Shown one piece after another: positions 17,608-26,281 of a stretch of DNA of 29,995 nucleotides. Made by a program: the position numbers and the translations under genes. Source of the DNA: Ignavibacteriales bacterium CG12_big_fil_rev_8_21_14_0_65_30_8 (GTDB taxonomy: Bacteria; Bacteroidota; Ignavibacteria; Ignavibacteriales; Ignavibacteriaceae). The notes beneath the pieces are model-generated. The model made no database searches. It was given only the letters and a program-made list of their open reading frames with translations, and had not been told where the DNA came from. The stretch covers positions 1 to 29,995 of the forward strand of contig PFGS01000096.1 in NCBI GenBank assembly GCA_002783525.1. The letters are read 5' to 3'. The stretch's first letter is position 1. Every line of letters begins with the position of its first letter.

Positions 17608-19357
17608 AATAATATTCATACTTTCTCTTTTTTTAATTTCATCCTTTTTCCCTCAAACAATTGAATCAATAAATTTAGCCGGTAACAAGAATTTCTCACA
17701 CTCTGATTACCAGGAATGGATAGCACTGCAATCCGGGCAAACTGTTTTTGAAGGAATAAAGGACACAATACTTAATAGAATTGCTTTTAACTTAAATCAA
17801 AGAGGATATTTCCATTATACATTTAACTCAGTCAAATTAGATGAAATAGATGAAAAAAATAGTGTTGAAATTAATCTTGAATTAGATGAAAATGAACCGA
17901 CATATATAAATAAAATTAATTTGGATAGAGTTAATAAAATAGATTCAGAATTTGTCTATTCTGAGTTCAATAATTTTGAAGGGAAAATATTAAATAAATA
18001 TGAATTGGAAAATTCTATTACTGATATTCTGGCTTATTATGAAAATTCAGGCAATCCTTTTTCTGTCGTAAAAATAAACTCGCTTAACTTTTTTTATGAT
18101 TCCTTGAACACAGAATATAAAGTTGATATTAATATATCAATAGATACAAAAAAGAAAAGCACTATTGATGAAATTGAAATTACAGGTAATGAAAAAACTA
18201 AAGATTACGTATTAGTTAGAGAGTTAAGAATACAACCGGGGCAGGAATACTCGCAGCAAAATATTAATATTTTACCCGAGAGATTAAATAAACTGGGCTT
18301 CTTTCAACCAATTGAAAAGCCGGAATATTATATTAATTCAAAAGGGAGAGGTGTTTTATCTTTTAAAGTAAAAGAAATTCAAACAAATAATTTTGACGGA
18401 ATTATTGGCTATATACCAAGCACTGCTCCAAATGAGTCGGGTTATGTTACAGGATTAGTAGATTTGAGTTTAAGAAATCTTTTTGGTACGGGAAGAGCTG
18501 CATCTATTAAATGGCAAAGATTAAATCGTTCATCTCAAATATTAGATCTTAAATATCTTGAACCATGGATATTTGGATTTCCTATAAATATCTCAACAAG
18601 AATATTCCAAAGAAAAGAAGATTCATCCTATGTGCAGAGAACTTTTGACGTTTCACTTCAATATCTTGCAACCGAAGTTTTATCAGCAGGTGTTACACTT
18701 TCTTTAGAATCTGTAATTCCATCTGATAATTTAACAAACCAATTCACTGTTTTTAATTCAACAATAGTAAATACTGAATTGAATTTAAAACTTGATACTA
18801 GAAATGATCTATACACACCAACAAACGGAATTCAATTTATTAATTCATATACTTTCAGACAAAAAACAATAAACGGACCGGCACAATTTATAGCACCCGG
18901 TACACCAACAAAAATCAATCTCCAAAAATTTGAATTATCATTCGATGCTTACTTTTCTTTTATAAACAGACAAGTATTAGCTCTTAAATTACATGGCGGA
19001 GAATTACGCGGACCATTTTTTGAGATCAGTGATCTTTTCAGAATGGGTGGTTTTAATTCACTAAGAGGATATAAAGAGGACCAATTTTTAGGCTCAAGAG
19101 TAATTTGGGGAAATTTGGAATACAGATTTTTACTTACTAACAGAACTTACTTTTTTGTTTTTATGGATAACGGTTATTTTTTAAGGAAGGAAGATGTAGA
19201 CAGAAACATACCTATAATTGAAGAATACAAAATAGGATATGGTTTAGGAATAAATCTGGAAACAGGACTAGGGATATTGGGCATTAGCTTTGCTCTCGGG
19301 CAAGGAGATTCATTTTCAGACGGGAAAATACACTTCGGAATCATCAATAATTTTTAA
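17591..19357 (+). CDS. Omp85 (BamA/TamA-like) outer-membrane protein with POTRA domains
   Basis: Signal peptide; POTRA motifs (IEITGNEKTKDYVLVREL); barrel with NLFGTGR, SLRGY loop motif and C-terminal Phe. Start is 17588 (TTG) or 17591 (ATG). Confidence 0.85.
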   Translation: MQHQLKIIFILSLFLISSFFPQTIESINLAGNKNFSHSDYQEWIALQSGQTVFEGIKDTILNRIAFNLNQRGYFHYTFNSVKLDEIDEKNSVEINLELDENEPTYINKINLDRVNKIDSEFVYSEFNNFEGKILNKYELENSITDILAYYENSGNPFSVVKINSLNFFYDSLNTEYKVDINISIDTKKKSTIDEIEITGNEKTKDYVLVRELRIQPGQEYSQQNINILPERLNKLGFFQPIEKPEYYINSKGRGVLSFKVKEIQTNNFDGIIGYIPSTAPNESGYVTGLVDLSLRNLFGTGRAASIKWQRLNRSSQILDLKYLEPWIFGFPINISTRIFQRKEDSSYVQRTFDVSLQYLATEVLSAGVTLSLESVIPSDNLTNQFTVFNSTIVNTELNLKLDTRNDLYTPTNGIQFINSYTFRQKTINGPAQFIAPGTPTKINLQKFELSFDAYFSFINRQVLALKLHGGELRGPFFEISDLFRMGGFNSLRGYKEDQFLGSRVIWGNLEYRFLLTNRTYFFVFMDNGYFLRKEDVDRNIPIIEEYKIGYGLGINLETGLGILGISFALGQGDSFSDGKIHFGIINNF

Positions 19358-19389
19358 AAATATCTATAATATATGTTTTTTAATAATAG

Positions 19390-19416
19390 ATGTTGTAACT
19401 TATAATGTTATAACAT
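19390..19416 (+). promoter_or_regulatory. Tandem palindromic operator candidate (MarR-type) upstream of yceI
   Basis: ATGTTGTAACTT (19390-19401) and the perfect palindrome ATGTTATAACAT (19405-19416), 15-bp period. Confidence 0.6.
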
Positions 19417-19463
19417 ATATTGGCTCAACAAATTTATTATTATTAAAAAATAAAAGGTTAAAG

Positions 19464-20069
19464 ATGAAAAAATTCAAATTATTATTTACAGTTATTATTA
19501 TATTATTTGTTACGCAAACATTTGCACAAACATCAAAATGGGAAATAGATAAAGTTCACAGCAAAATCGGATTTTCCGTTACACATTTATTAATATCAGA
19601 AGTTGACGGAACATTTAATGACTTTGATGGATCTATTATTACAAATAATAACAGCTTCGAAAATGCTCAAATAGAATTCACCCTAAAAACAAACAGCATT
19701 TATACTGATAATACAAGAAGAGACAACCACTTAAAATCACCGGATTTTTTTGATACTGAAAAATACCCTGAAATAAATTTTAAGAGTACATCTTTCAAAA
19801 AAATAGAAGGAAACAATTACAAATTAATTGGTGATTTCACTATTAAGGATATTACAAAGCAAATTGTATTAGAGGTTGTTTTAGGTGGCACGATTAAAGA
19901 TCCTTGGGGCAATGAAAGAGCAGGTTTCAAAATAAATGGAAAAATTAATAGATTCGATTACAATCTGAAATGGAATAACCTGCTGGAAGCAGGAGGTGCA
20001 GTAGTTGGAAAAGAAGTTGAATTAAATTGTAAAGTAGAATTAATTAAACAAAAAGATGAGAAGAAATAA
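19464..20069 (+). CDS. yceI: YceI-family periplasmic lipid/polyisoprenoid-binding protein
   Basis: W.IDKVHSKIGFSVTH, RDNHLKSPDFFD, DPWGNERAGF; signal peptide from ATG 19464. Confidence 0.9.
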   Translation: MKKFKLLFTVIIILFVTQTFAQTSKWEIDKVHSKIGFSVTHLLISEVDGTFNDFDGSIITNNNSFENAQIEFTLKTNSIYTDNTRRDNHLKSPDFFDTEKYPEINFKSTSFKKIEGNNYKLIGDFTIKDITKQIVLEVVLGGTIKDPWGNERAGFKINGKINRFDYNLKWNNLLEAGGAVVGKEVELNCKVELIKQKDEKK

Positions 20070-20605
20070 TGATAAATGAATTAATAGAAAAACGATTTAG
20101 TCCCTATTCATTTAGTGATAAAGAAATTGCTAAAGAAGATTTATTAAAATTATTTGATGCTGCAAGAAAATCACCATCATCTTATAACGAACAACCTTGG
20201 AGATTTATTGTTGGGACTAAATTAAATAAAGAAACATATAACAAAATATATGATACTTTAATGGAAGCAAATAAGGAGTGGGCAAATCAAGCATCGGTTT
20301 TAATATTAACTATAACTGCAAATGAATTCAGCAAAAATGGAAATAAAAACAATCATTCAGAATATGATCTTGGTCAGGCTGTAGCCTATTTAACTCTTCA
20401 GGCTATGGAGCTGGATATTTATCTACATCAAATGGCTGGTTTTTCAAGGGAGAAAGCTAAAGAAAATTTTAATATACCAAATGATTTTACTCCAATTACT
20501 GTTATTGCTTTGGGTTATAAAAATGAAGATGATAAAAAACCTGAAAAGGGTAGAAGAAATATTGAAGAATTAGTTTATGAAGAATCTTTTGGAAAAAATA
20601 AATGA
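20069..20605 (+). CDS. Nitroreductase family flavoprotein
   Basis: KRFSPYSF, AAR.SPSSYNEQPWRF, YDLGQA, HQMAGF. Confidence 0.9.
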   Translation: MINELIEKRFSPYSFSDKEIAKEDLLKLFDAARKSPSSYNEQPWRFIVGTKLNKETYNKIYDTLMEANKEWANQASVLILTITANEFSKNGNKNNHSEYDLGQAVAYLTLQAMELDIYLHQMAGFSREKAKENFNIPNDFTPITVIALGYKNEDDKKPEKGRRNIEELVYEESFGKNK

Positions 20606-21051
20606 AAATAGAAGAAGAAATAAAGCAGAAACATTTTAAAAGTGAATATCACAAAGCAATTGTAAACATTATTTTTACTTACAACTGGCTTATTAAAAAT
20701 CATGTTGAAATATTAAAACCATTTGATATAACACTTCAGCAATATAATATACTCCGAATTTTAAGAGGACAGTATCCGAATCCTTCAACAATTAAATTGA
20801 TGAAAGAGAGAATGCTTGATAGAATGTCGGATTGCTCAAGAATTGTAGAAAAATTAGTCAAAAAAGGTTTAGTTGAAAGAAATTTATGTAAAGAGGATAG
20901 AAGAAATGTTGATGTTTTGATTACAAAAAATGGATTGGCTTTGCTTAAAAAACTGGATAAAAAATTTGAAACTATTGATAAAGATCTGATACACCTAAAT
21001 ACTTCTGAGGTAAAAACACTAAATACTTTATTGGATAAGTTAAGAGGATAA
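20602..21051 (+). CDS. MarR-family transcriptional regulator
   Basis: ITLQQYNILRIL, SRIVEKL.KKGLVER...EDRR...ITK.G. Confidence 0.92.
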   Translation: MKIEEEIKQKHFKSEYHKAIVNIIFTYNWLIKNHVEILKPFDITLQQYNILRILRGQYPNPSTIKLMKERMLDRMSDCSRIVEKLVKKGLVERNLCKEDRRNVDVLITKNGLALLKKLDKKFETIDKDLIHLNTSEVKTLNTLLDKLRG

Positions 21052-22221
21052 TTATACTACAAAAACTTTTGCAATTTCTTTTAACAATGATGGTTTATTT
21101 TTTAATGCTATCATAAAAAATCTACCAACTGTTCTTTTTTTCTCGGGTAATTTTAACATAGATTCAATAAGGTTATTAAATTGTTCGTCTGTAAAATTAA
21201 AAAGACCGTCTTTAATCTTATCTAAAAAATCGTGTTTCTTACCTCTTAATTTCTTCCATTCTTTATGATAATTATTAATATAGTTTAAATCATTATTTTT
21301 TATTGATTGTGCTGCTAATCTTCCTGCAATACTTGCACCGATCATTCCACTGGAAATTCCTCCTCCGCTTAGCGGATTTACTTGTCGTGCTGCATCACCA
21401 ACAAGCATAATTCCGGGCGCTGCCATTTTTTCTAAAGCTACAACGGACGGAACTCCGCCTGCAACTTGTGTTAGAATATTAGCAGTTGGAAAAAAATTTT
21501 CTAAATTATTATTTAAATATGAAAGAGCAGATCTTTTTTTACCAACTCCTCCGCTCACTCCAAGCCCAATATTTGCCGTACCTTTTCCTTTTGGAAAAAC
21601 CCAAAAATATCCTTCAGGAGCAACTTCTTTACCAAAGTAAAAGAATAAAGCATCCTGATCACATTTTACATTTGAAGCTGTAACCTGGAAACAAGATTCC
21701 ATATCTCTAAAATCAATATGTGTTTCTAATCCTGCCCACCGTCCTACTCTTGATTCAACTCCATCAGCACCTATAACAATTTTACATTTTATTTGTTTTT
21801 GTTCACCTCTAAATTCAAATTTTACTCCTGCTACTTTTCCGTTTTCTTTTATAAGATCATTAACATAAGCCCGGGTTAAAATTTCTGCACCGGCAACAGA
21901 TGCAGTTTTTGCAAGTTCATAATCAAATATTCTTCTTTCAAGCATGTAGCCTTCAACTTTTCCTAAATTGATCACAACCTTTTTTCCGTTTGGAGCAACA
22001 AAACCAAATTTTGTAATTTCTGCATTTATCCATCTTTTATCAGGTTTAATAAATGCCTCTAATCCTTCACGACTAATTGCTTCGCCGCATCTTACCGGGT
22101 AACCTACATCTCTGTCTTTTTCTAAAACTAATACAAAAGCTCCATTTTGAGCAGCATATCTTGCTGCAATTGAGCCTGCAGGCCCGGCACCAACTACAAT
22201 TATATCATATTCTTCTTTCAT
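21052..22221 (-). CDS. Geranylgeranyl reductase family flavoprotein (archaeal DGGGPL-reductase-like)
   Basis: VGAGPAG, PVRCGEA, RRIFD, IGADG, GYFWVFPKG (YxWxFP), LVGDAA..VNPLSGGGI. Confidence 0.88.
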   Translation of the reverse strand: MKEEYDIIVVGAGPAGSIAARYAAQNGAFVLVLEKDRDVGYPVRCGEAISREGLEAFIKPDKRWINAEITKFGFVAPNGKKVVINLGKVEGYMLERRIFDYELAKTASVAGAEILTRAYVNDLIKENGKVAGVKFEFRGEQKQIKCKIVIGADGVESRVGRWAGLETHIDFRDMESCFQVTASNVKCDQDALFFYFGKEVAPEGYFWVFPKGKGTANIGLGVSGGVGKKRSALSYLNNNLENFFPTANILTQVAGGVPSVVALEKMAAPGIMLVGDAARQVNPLSGGGISSGMIGASIAGRLAAQSIKNNDLNYINNYHKEWKKLRGKKHDFLDKIKDGLFNFTDEQFNNLIESMLKLPEKKRTVGRFFMIALKNKPSLLKEIAKVFVV

Positions 22222-22226
22222 AAAAA

Positions 22227-22451
22227 TTATTTTTCTAAAACACCTTCTTTATTAAATTTTATAACTTCAATAGGACACGACCAAATACATTTTGCACAAT
22301 TTGTACAACGTGGATCAATTATATATATCTCGGCTTCTTTTAATTCAATTGCATCTTCTGGACAAACACCAACACAACATCCGCAAAAATCGCATTTGTT
22401 TGGAAGAATATCTATTAATAGTTTTCCCGTTTTAGCTTGTCTGTAATTCAT
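22227..22451 (-). CDS. 2x[4Fe-4S] ferredoxin
   Basis: CDFCGCCVGVCP and CTNCAKCIWSCP. ATG at 22451 chosen; the true start may be further downstream, near LLIDILPNK. Ends 5 nt before the GGR start. Confidence 0.88.
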   Translation of the reverse strand: MNYRQAKTGKLLIDILPNKCDFCGCCVGVCPEDAIELKEAEIYIIDPRCTNCAKCIWSCPIEVIKFNKEGVLEK

Positions 22452-22600
22452 TTTTATTGGTAAAATTGGAATAAGTTGAATAGGAAGATAAGAAAGCAAA
22501 AAATTATATCAAAGAATGACATATAATAATTAAGTTACAATTATTTTGTAAATTTAATTAAGATTATTAGTTTGAATATAAGCTAAAACATTAAAAATTA

Positions 22601-23434
22601 ATGGATAAAATTAAAGCAGTTTTTAAAATTATTAGACCACTGAATATTTTAATTACTTTTATTTCTGTAATTGTGGGTGGAATAATTGCATTAAAATCAA
22701 ATTTTATTCCACAATCCCTTCTTTTTGCTGCATTAGCAGAGGCGCTCACATTTTCTTCCGGCAATATTATAAATGATATATTCGATCTTGAAATTGATAA
22801 AATAAACAGACCCGAAAGAGTTTTACCGAGCAGAATTATTACTATAAATTTAGCCGGAATTATTTATTTGTTGTTTGCTCTATTGGCAGTTTATATATCA
22901 TATAATATTAATCCAACAGTTTTTAAGATTATTCTAATTACAAACATCATTTTATTTTTATATTCTTTTATAATTAAGAAAATGATTTTGATTGATAATG
23001 TAATTGTATCTGTAATAGTAGGTTCTGCTTTTATTGTCGGTTCAGCATCAGTTGGAAATATCTCTGCCGGTTACATTCCTTTTGTATTTGCACTCTTGAT
23101 CAATTTTACACGAGAAATAGTAAAAGATATAGAAGATATAAAAGGTGATTCAGCAAGTGGAATCAAAAGTTTTCCGTCAGTATTCGGATTTGGTAATTCT
23201 AAAATTATAATTTTACTTTCAACAATTGTATTAATTATAATAACATTTTATCCTTATATTTTTGACATATATGGTTTTGTTTATCTTCTAATAATATTAA
23301 TAGTTGTTGATCCATTTTTAGTTTTTATTTTGATTAAATTATTTAAAAATGACACGATTGAAAATTTTAAAAAAGTAAGTATATACTTAAAAGTAACTAT
23401 GCTTTTTGGTTTAATAGCAATTTATTTAGGTTGA
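22601..23434 (+). CDS. UbiA-superfamily prenyltransferase, DGGGP synthase (geranylgeranylglycerol-phosphate geranylgeranyltransferase)-like
   Basis: IIRPLN start, NDIFDLEIDKINRPER and REIVKDIEDIKGD aspartate-rich motifs, about 8-9 TM segments. Confidence 0.8.
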   Translation: MDKIKAVFKIIRPLNILITFISVIVGGIIALKSNFIPQSLLFAALAEALTFSSGNIINDIFDLEIDKINRPERVLPSRIITINLAGIIYLLFALLAVYISYNINPTVFKIILITNIILFLYSFIIKKMILIDNVIVSVIVGSAFIVGSASVGNISAGYIPFVFALLINFTREIVKDIEDIKGDSASGIKSFPSVFGFGNSKIIILLSTIVLIIITFYPYIFDIYGFVYLLIILIVVDPFLVFILIKLFKNDTIENFKKVSIYLKVTMLFGLIAIYLG

Positions 23435-24057
23435 TGAAAAATTTTGATAATACTTTTCTTACTGATAAAGTAAAAATAATCGCCGGCTGTGATGAAGCAG
23501 GCAGAGGACCACTTGCAGGTCCGGTTGTTGCAGCTTCAGTAATATTTAAAAATGATTTATTTATTGATGGAATAAATGATTCAAAAAAATTAACAGAAAA
23601 ACAAAGAGAAGAATTATTCTCCCAAATTTTAGAAAAATCTAAATGCGTTGGTGTGTCAGTTATATCTCACGGCATTATTGATAAAATCAATATTCTTCAA
23701 GCATCACTTTTGGGAATGAAAACAGCAACCAATCGTTTAAAAATAAAACCTAACTTAGTTCTAATTGACGGAAATAAATGTTTTAATTCGGAAATAAATA
23801 ATATTGCTATCGTAAGTGGTGACTCAAGATCATTCTCAATTGCAGCAGCTTCTATAGTTGCTAAAGTAACTAGGGATAATATTATGAGACGATTGGATAA
23901 ATATTTCCCCCAATATTTATGGGCAAAGAATAAAGGATATCCAACCAAAGAACACATTGAAGCAGTAAAATTATACGGGCCAACACCATTGCACAGAAAG
24001 ACTTTCTTAAAAAATATTTTACCTGAATATTATAATTCTATTTTAGAATTAAATTGA
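23434..24057 (+). CDS. rnhB: Ribonuclease HII
   Basis: GCDEAGRGPLAGPV, DSKKL, LIDGN, SIAAASIVAKVTRD, HRKTF; TGATG overlap with the UbiA gene. Confidence 0.95.
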   Translation: MKNFDNTFLTDKVKIIAGCDEAGRGPLAGPVVAASVIFKNDLFIDGINDSKKLTEKQREELFSQILEKSKCVGVSVISHGIIDKINILQASLLGMKTATNRLKIKPNLVLIDGNKCFNSEINNIAIVSGDSRSFSIAAASIVAKVTRDNIMRRLDKYFPQYLWAKNKGYPTKEHIEAVKLYGPTPLHRKTFLKNILPEYYNSILELN

Positions 24058-24061
24058 AGAA

Positions 24062-24424
24062 ATGACTGATAAAAAGAAAATTGGAAATAAAGGAGAAGAA
24101 TTAGCTGCTGAATTTTTAGAAAAGATAAATTATAAAATAATAGAAAAAAATTATAGATTCGGTAAAGGTGAAATAGATATTGTTTGTGAGGATCCCAATA
24201 ATAAAAATCTTGTTTTTGTAGAAGTAAAATCCAGAACCAATTTAAATTTTGGCGATCCGATTTATGCTTTAACTAAAAGAAAAATGGTACAACTTAGAAA
24301 AATTGCTGATGCTTATATTTACGAAAAAAAAATTGATAATATTGATTGCAGATTTGATGTGGTTACCATTTTGTATAAGCCAAAAGAAAAACCGGATATC
24401 AAACATTACATTAATGCATTTTAA
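24062..24424 (+). CDS. yraN: YraN family (UPF0102) endonuclease-like protein
   Basis: GNKGEELAA.FL, GEIDIV, FVEVKSR, RFDVV. Confidence 0.9.
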   Translation: MTDKKKIGNKGEELAAEFLEKINYKIIEKNYRFGKGEIDIVCEDPNNKNLVFVEVKSRTNLNFGDPIYALTKRKMVQLRKIADAYIYEKKIDNIDCRFDVVTILYKPKEKPDIKHYINAF

Positions 24425-24435
24425 ATAATACTAAA

Positions 24436-24963
24436 ATGAAATTTATTAAAGCTTACATAAAATTTATTGACAAGCTTAATGATAAAATAGGCAATTGGGT
24501 TTCCTGGCTTACAGCACTACTTACACTTGTAGTTTGCTTCGATGTTTTTGTCAGATATTTTTTAAGAGAAAGCAGTGTCGGTTTTCAAGAGTTTGAGTGG
24601 CATTTATTTGCAATAATATTTTTGCTTTCAGCTGCATACACATTAAAAATAGATCAACATGTAAGAGTTGATGTAATTTACACACGCCTTTCTGATAAGA
24701 AAAAAGCGTATGTTGATTTTTTCGGTTCATTAATATTTTTGATACCATTTTGTGTTGTTTTAATAATGGCATCAAAAAATTTTGTAATAAACTCTTTTAG
24801 TATGGGTGAAACATCCCCCGATGCAGGCGGTCTTCCGGCCAGGTATATATTGAAAGCCGTTATTCCACTATCAATATTTTTACTGTTGCTTCAGGGTATT
24901 TCTTTAACATTTAAATCTTTTCTTACTATCAAAACCCAAAATAAATTTAAAGAGAAAAATTAA
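24436..24963 (+). CDS. dctQ: TRAP transporter small permease (DctQ)
   Basis: Four TMs; FEWHLFA..FLL.AAYTL..DQHVRVD; SPDAGGLP. Confidence 0.92.
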   Translation: MKFIKAYIKFIDKLNDKIGNWVSWLTALLTLVVCFDVFVRYFLRESSVGFQEFEWHLFAIIFLLSAAYTLKIDQHVRVDVIYTRLSDKKKAYVDFFGSLIFLIPFCVVLIMASKNFVINSFSMGETSPDAGGLPARYILKAVIPLSIFLLLLQGISLTFKSFLTIKTQNKFKEKN

Positions 24964-26279
24964 TGGAAATTCTACCCCTACTTTTCTTTTTAACTGTGCT
25001 CATATTTCTATTAATGGGATTTCCTGTTGCATTTACATTAGGCGGTATATCAATAATCTTTGGTTTGATAATTTTTGGATTCAATTATTTTTACCTTTTA
25101 CCCCTCAGAGTTTGGGGAATAATGTCCAACTATGTTTTGTTGGCAGTTCCCTTATTTATTTTTATGGGGGTTATGCTTGAGCGTTCTGGGATAGCAGAAG
25201 AATTGCTTGAAACAATGGCACTTTTGTTCGGAAAGTTAAGAGGTGGTTTGGCTATTTCTGTTTTGATCGTCGGTGCATTGCTGGGTGCTTCAACAGGAAT
25301 AGTTGGTGCAACAGTCGTTACAATGGGAGTTTTAAGTTTACCAGTGATGTTAAAAAGAGGTTATTCCACTGAAGCATCTACCGGAATTATTATGGCATCA
25401 GGTACTTTGGGACAAATAATTCCACCCAGCATTATTCTGGTTTTATTAGGCAGTGTTTTAAATGTACCTGTCGGTAATCTTTTTGTTGCTGCAATCATCC
25501 CGGGATTATTGCTAGTCTTTTTATTTTTATTGTGGATAATATATTTAGCAATATTCAAGCCTAAATCCGTACCGGCAATGCCCAAAGAACAATTAGCTGA
25601 ATTTCAGAAAGGAAATAAATTTAGAACAGTTGTCTCTGCTTTTTTACTCCCATTTTTTTTAATAACCGCAGTGTTAGGTTCTATTTTTGCCGGTATAGCA
25701 TCACCAACTGAAGCAGCTGCTGTTGGCGGCCTTGGTGCAACTATTCTTACAATATTTAGAAAAAAATTTAATATCAGTGTATTAAAAGAAGTTATGATTA
25801 AAACCACTTCACTTACAAGCATGGTTTTTATGATATTGGTTGGGGCGGCTGCTTTTGGACTTGTATTCAGAGGATTGCACGGTGACACTTATTTAACAAA
25901 TTTAATTGTAAATGCTAATCTGGAGCCGCATCATTTTATTGCAATAATAATGATAGTTATTTTTATTTGTGGTTTTTTTATAGATTTTATAGAAATTACT
26001 TTTATTATTGTTCCTGTTGTTGCACCTTTACTTATTCATATGCACATTGATCTTTTATGGATAGGCATATTAATCGCTATGAATTTACAAACATCTTTTC
26101 TAACACCTCCTTTTGGTTTTACAATTTTTTATTTGAAAGGCGTAGCCCCGGATAATGTTAAAACCTCACAACTTTACAAAGGTGTTGTGCCTTATGTAAT
26201 AATTCAATTAATTGGTTTGTTACTTGTACTGTTTTGGCCTGATCTAGCTTTATGGCTTCCAACTGTAATAGGAAATTAA
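24963..26279 (+). CDS. dctM: TRAP transporter large permease (DctM)
   Basis: LLAVPLFIFMG, GTLGQIIPPS, TPPFGF, YKGVVPY. Confidence 0.93.
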   Translation: MEILPLLFFLTVLIFLLMGFPVAFTLGGISIIFGLIIFGFNYFYLLPLRVWGIMSNYVLLAVPLFIFMGVMLERSGIAEELLETMALLFGKLRGGLAISVLIVGALLGASTGIVGATVVTMGVLSLPVMLKRGYSTEASTGIIMASGTLGQIIPPSIILVLLGSVLNVPVGNLFVAAIIPGLLLVFLFLLWIIYLAIFKPKSVPAMPKEQLAEFQKGNKFRTVVSAFLLPFFLITAVLGSIFAGIASPTEAAAVGGLGATILTIFRKKFNISVLKEVMIKTTSLTSMVFMILVGAAAFGLVFRGLHGDTYLTNLIVNANLEPHHFIAIIMIVIFICGFFIDFIEITFIIVPVVAPLLIHMHIDLLWIGILIAMNLQTSFLTPPFGFTIFYLKGVAPDNVKTSQLYKGVVPYVIIQLIGLLLVLFWPDLALWLPTVIGN

Positions 26280-26281
26280 AA

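Noticed and set aside
15278-19463. ORF-track N-terminal extensions of GWxTD (15278) and YceI (19290); similarly 26252 for PduS and 22499 for the ferredoxin
   Set aside because: Three of the four overlap upstream genes, and the downstream ATGs restore signal peptides or domain starts; the GWxTD ATG also has a clear SD.
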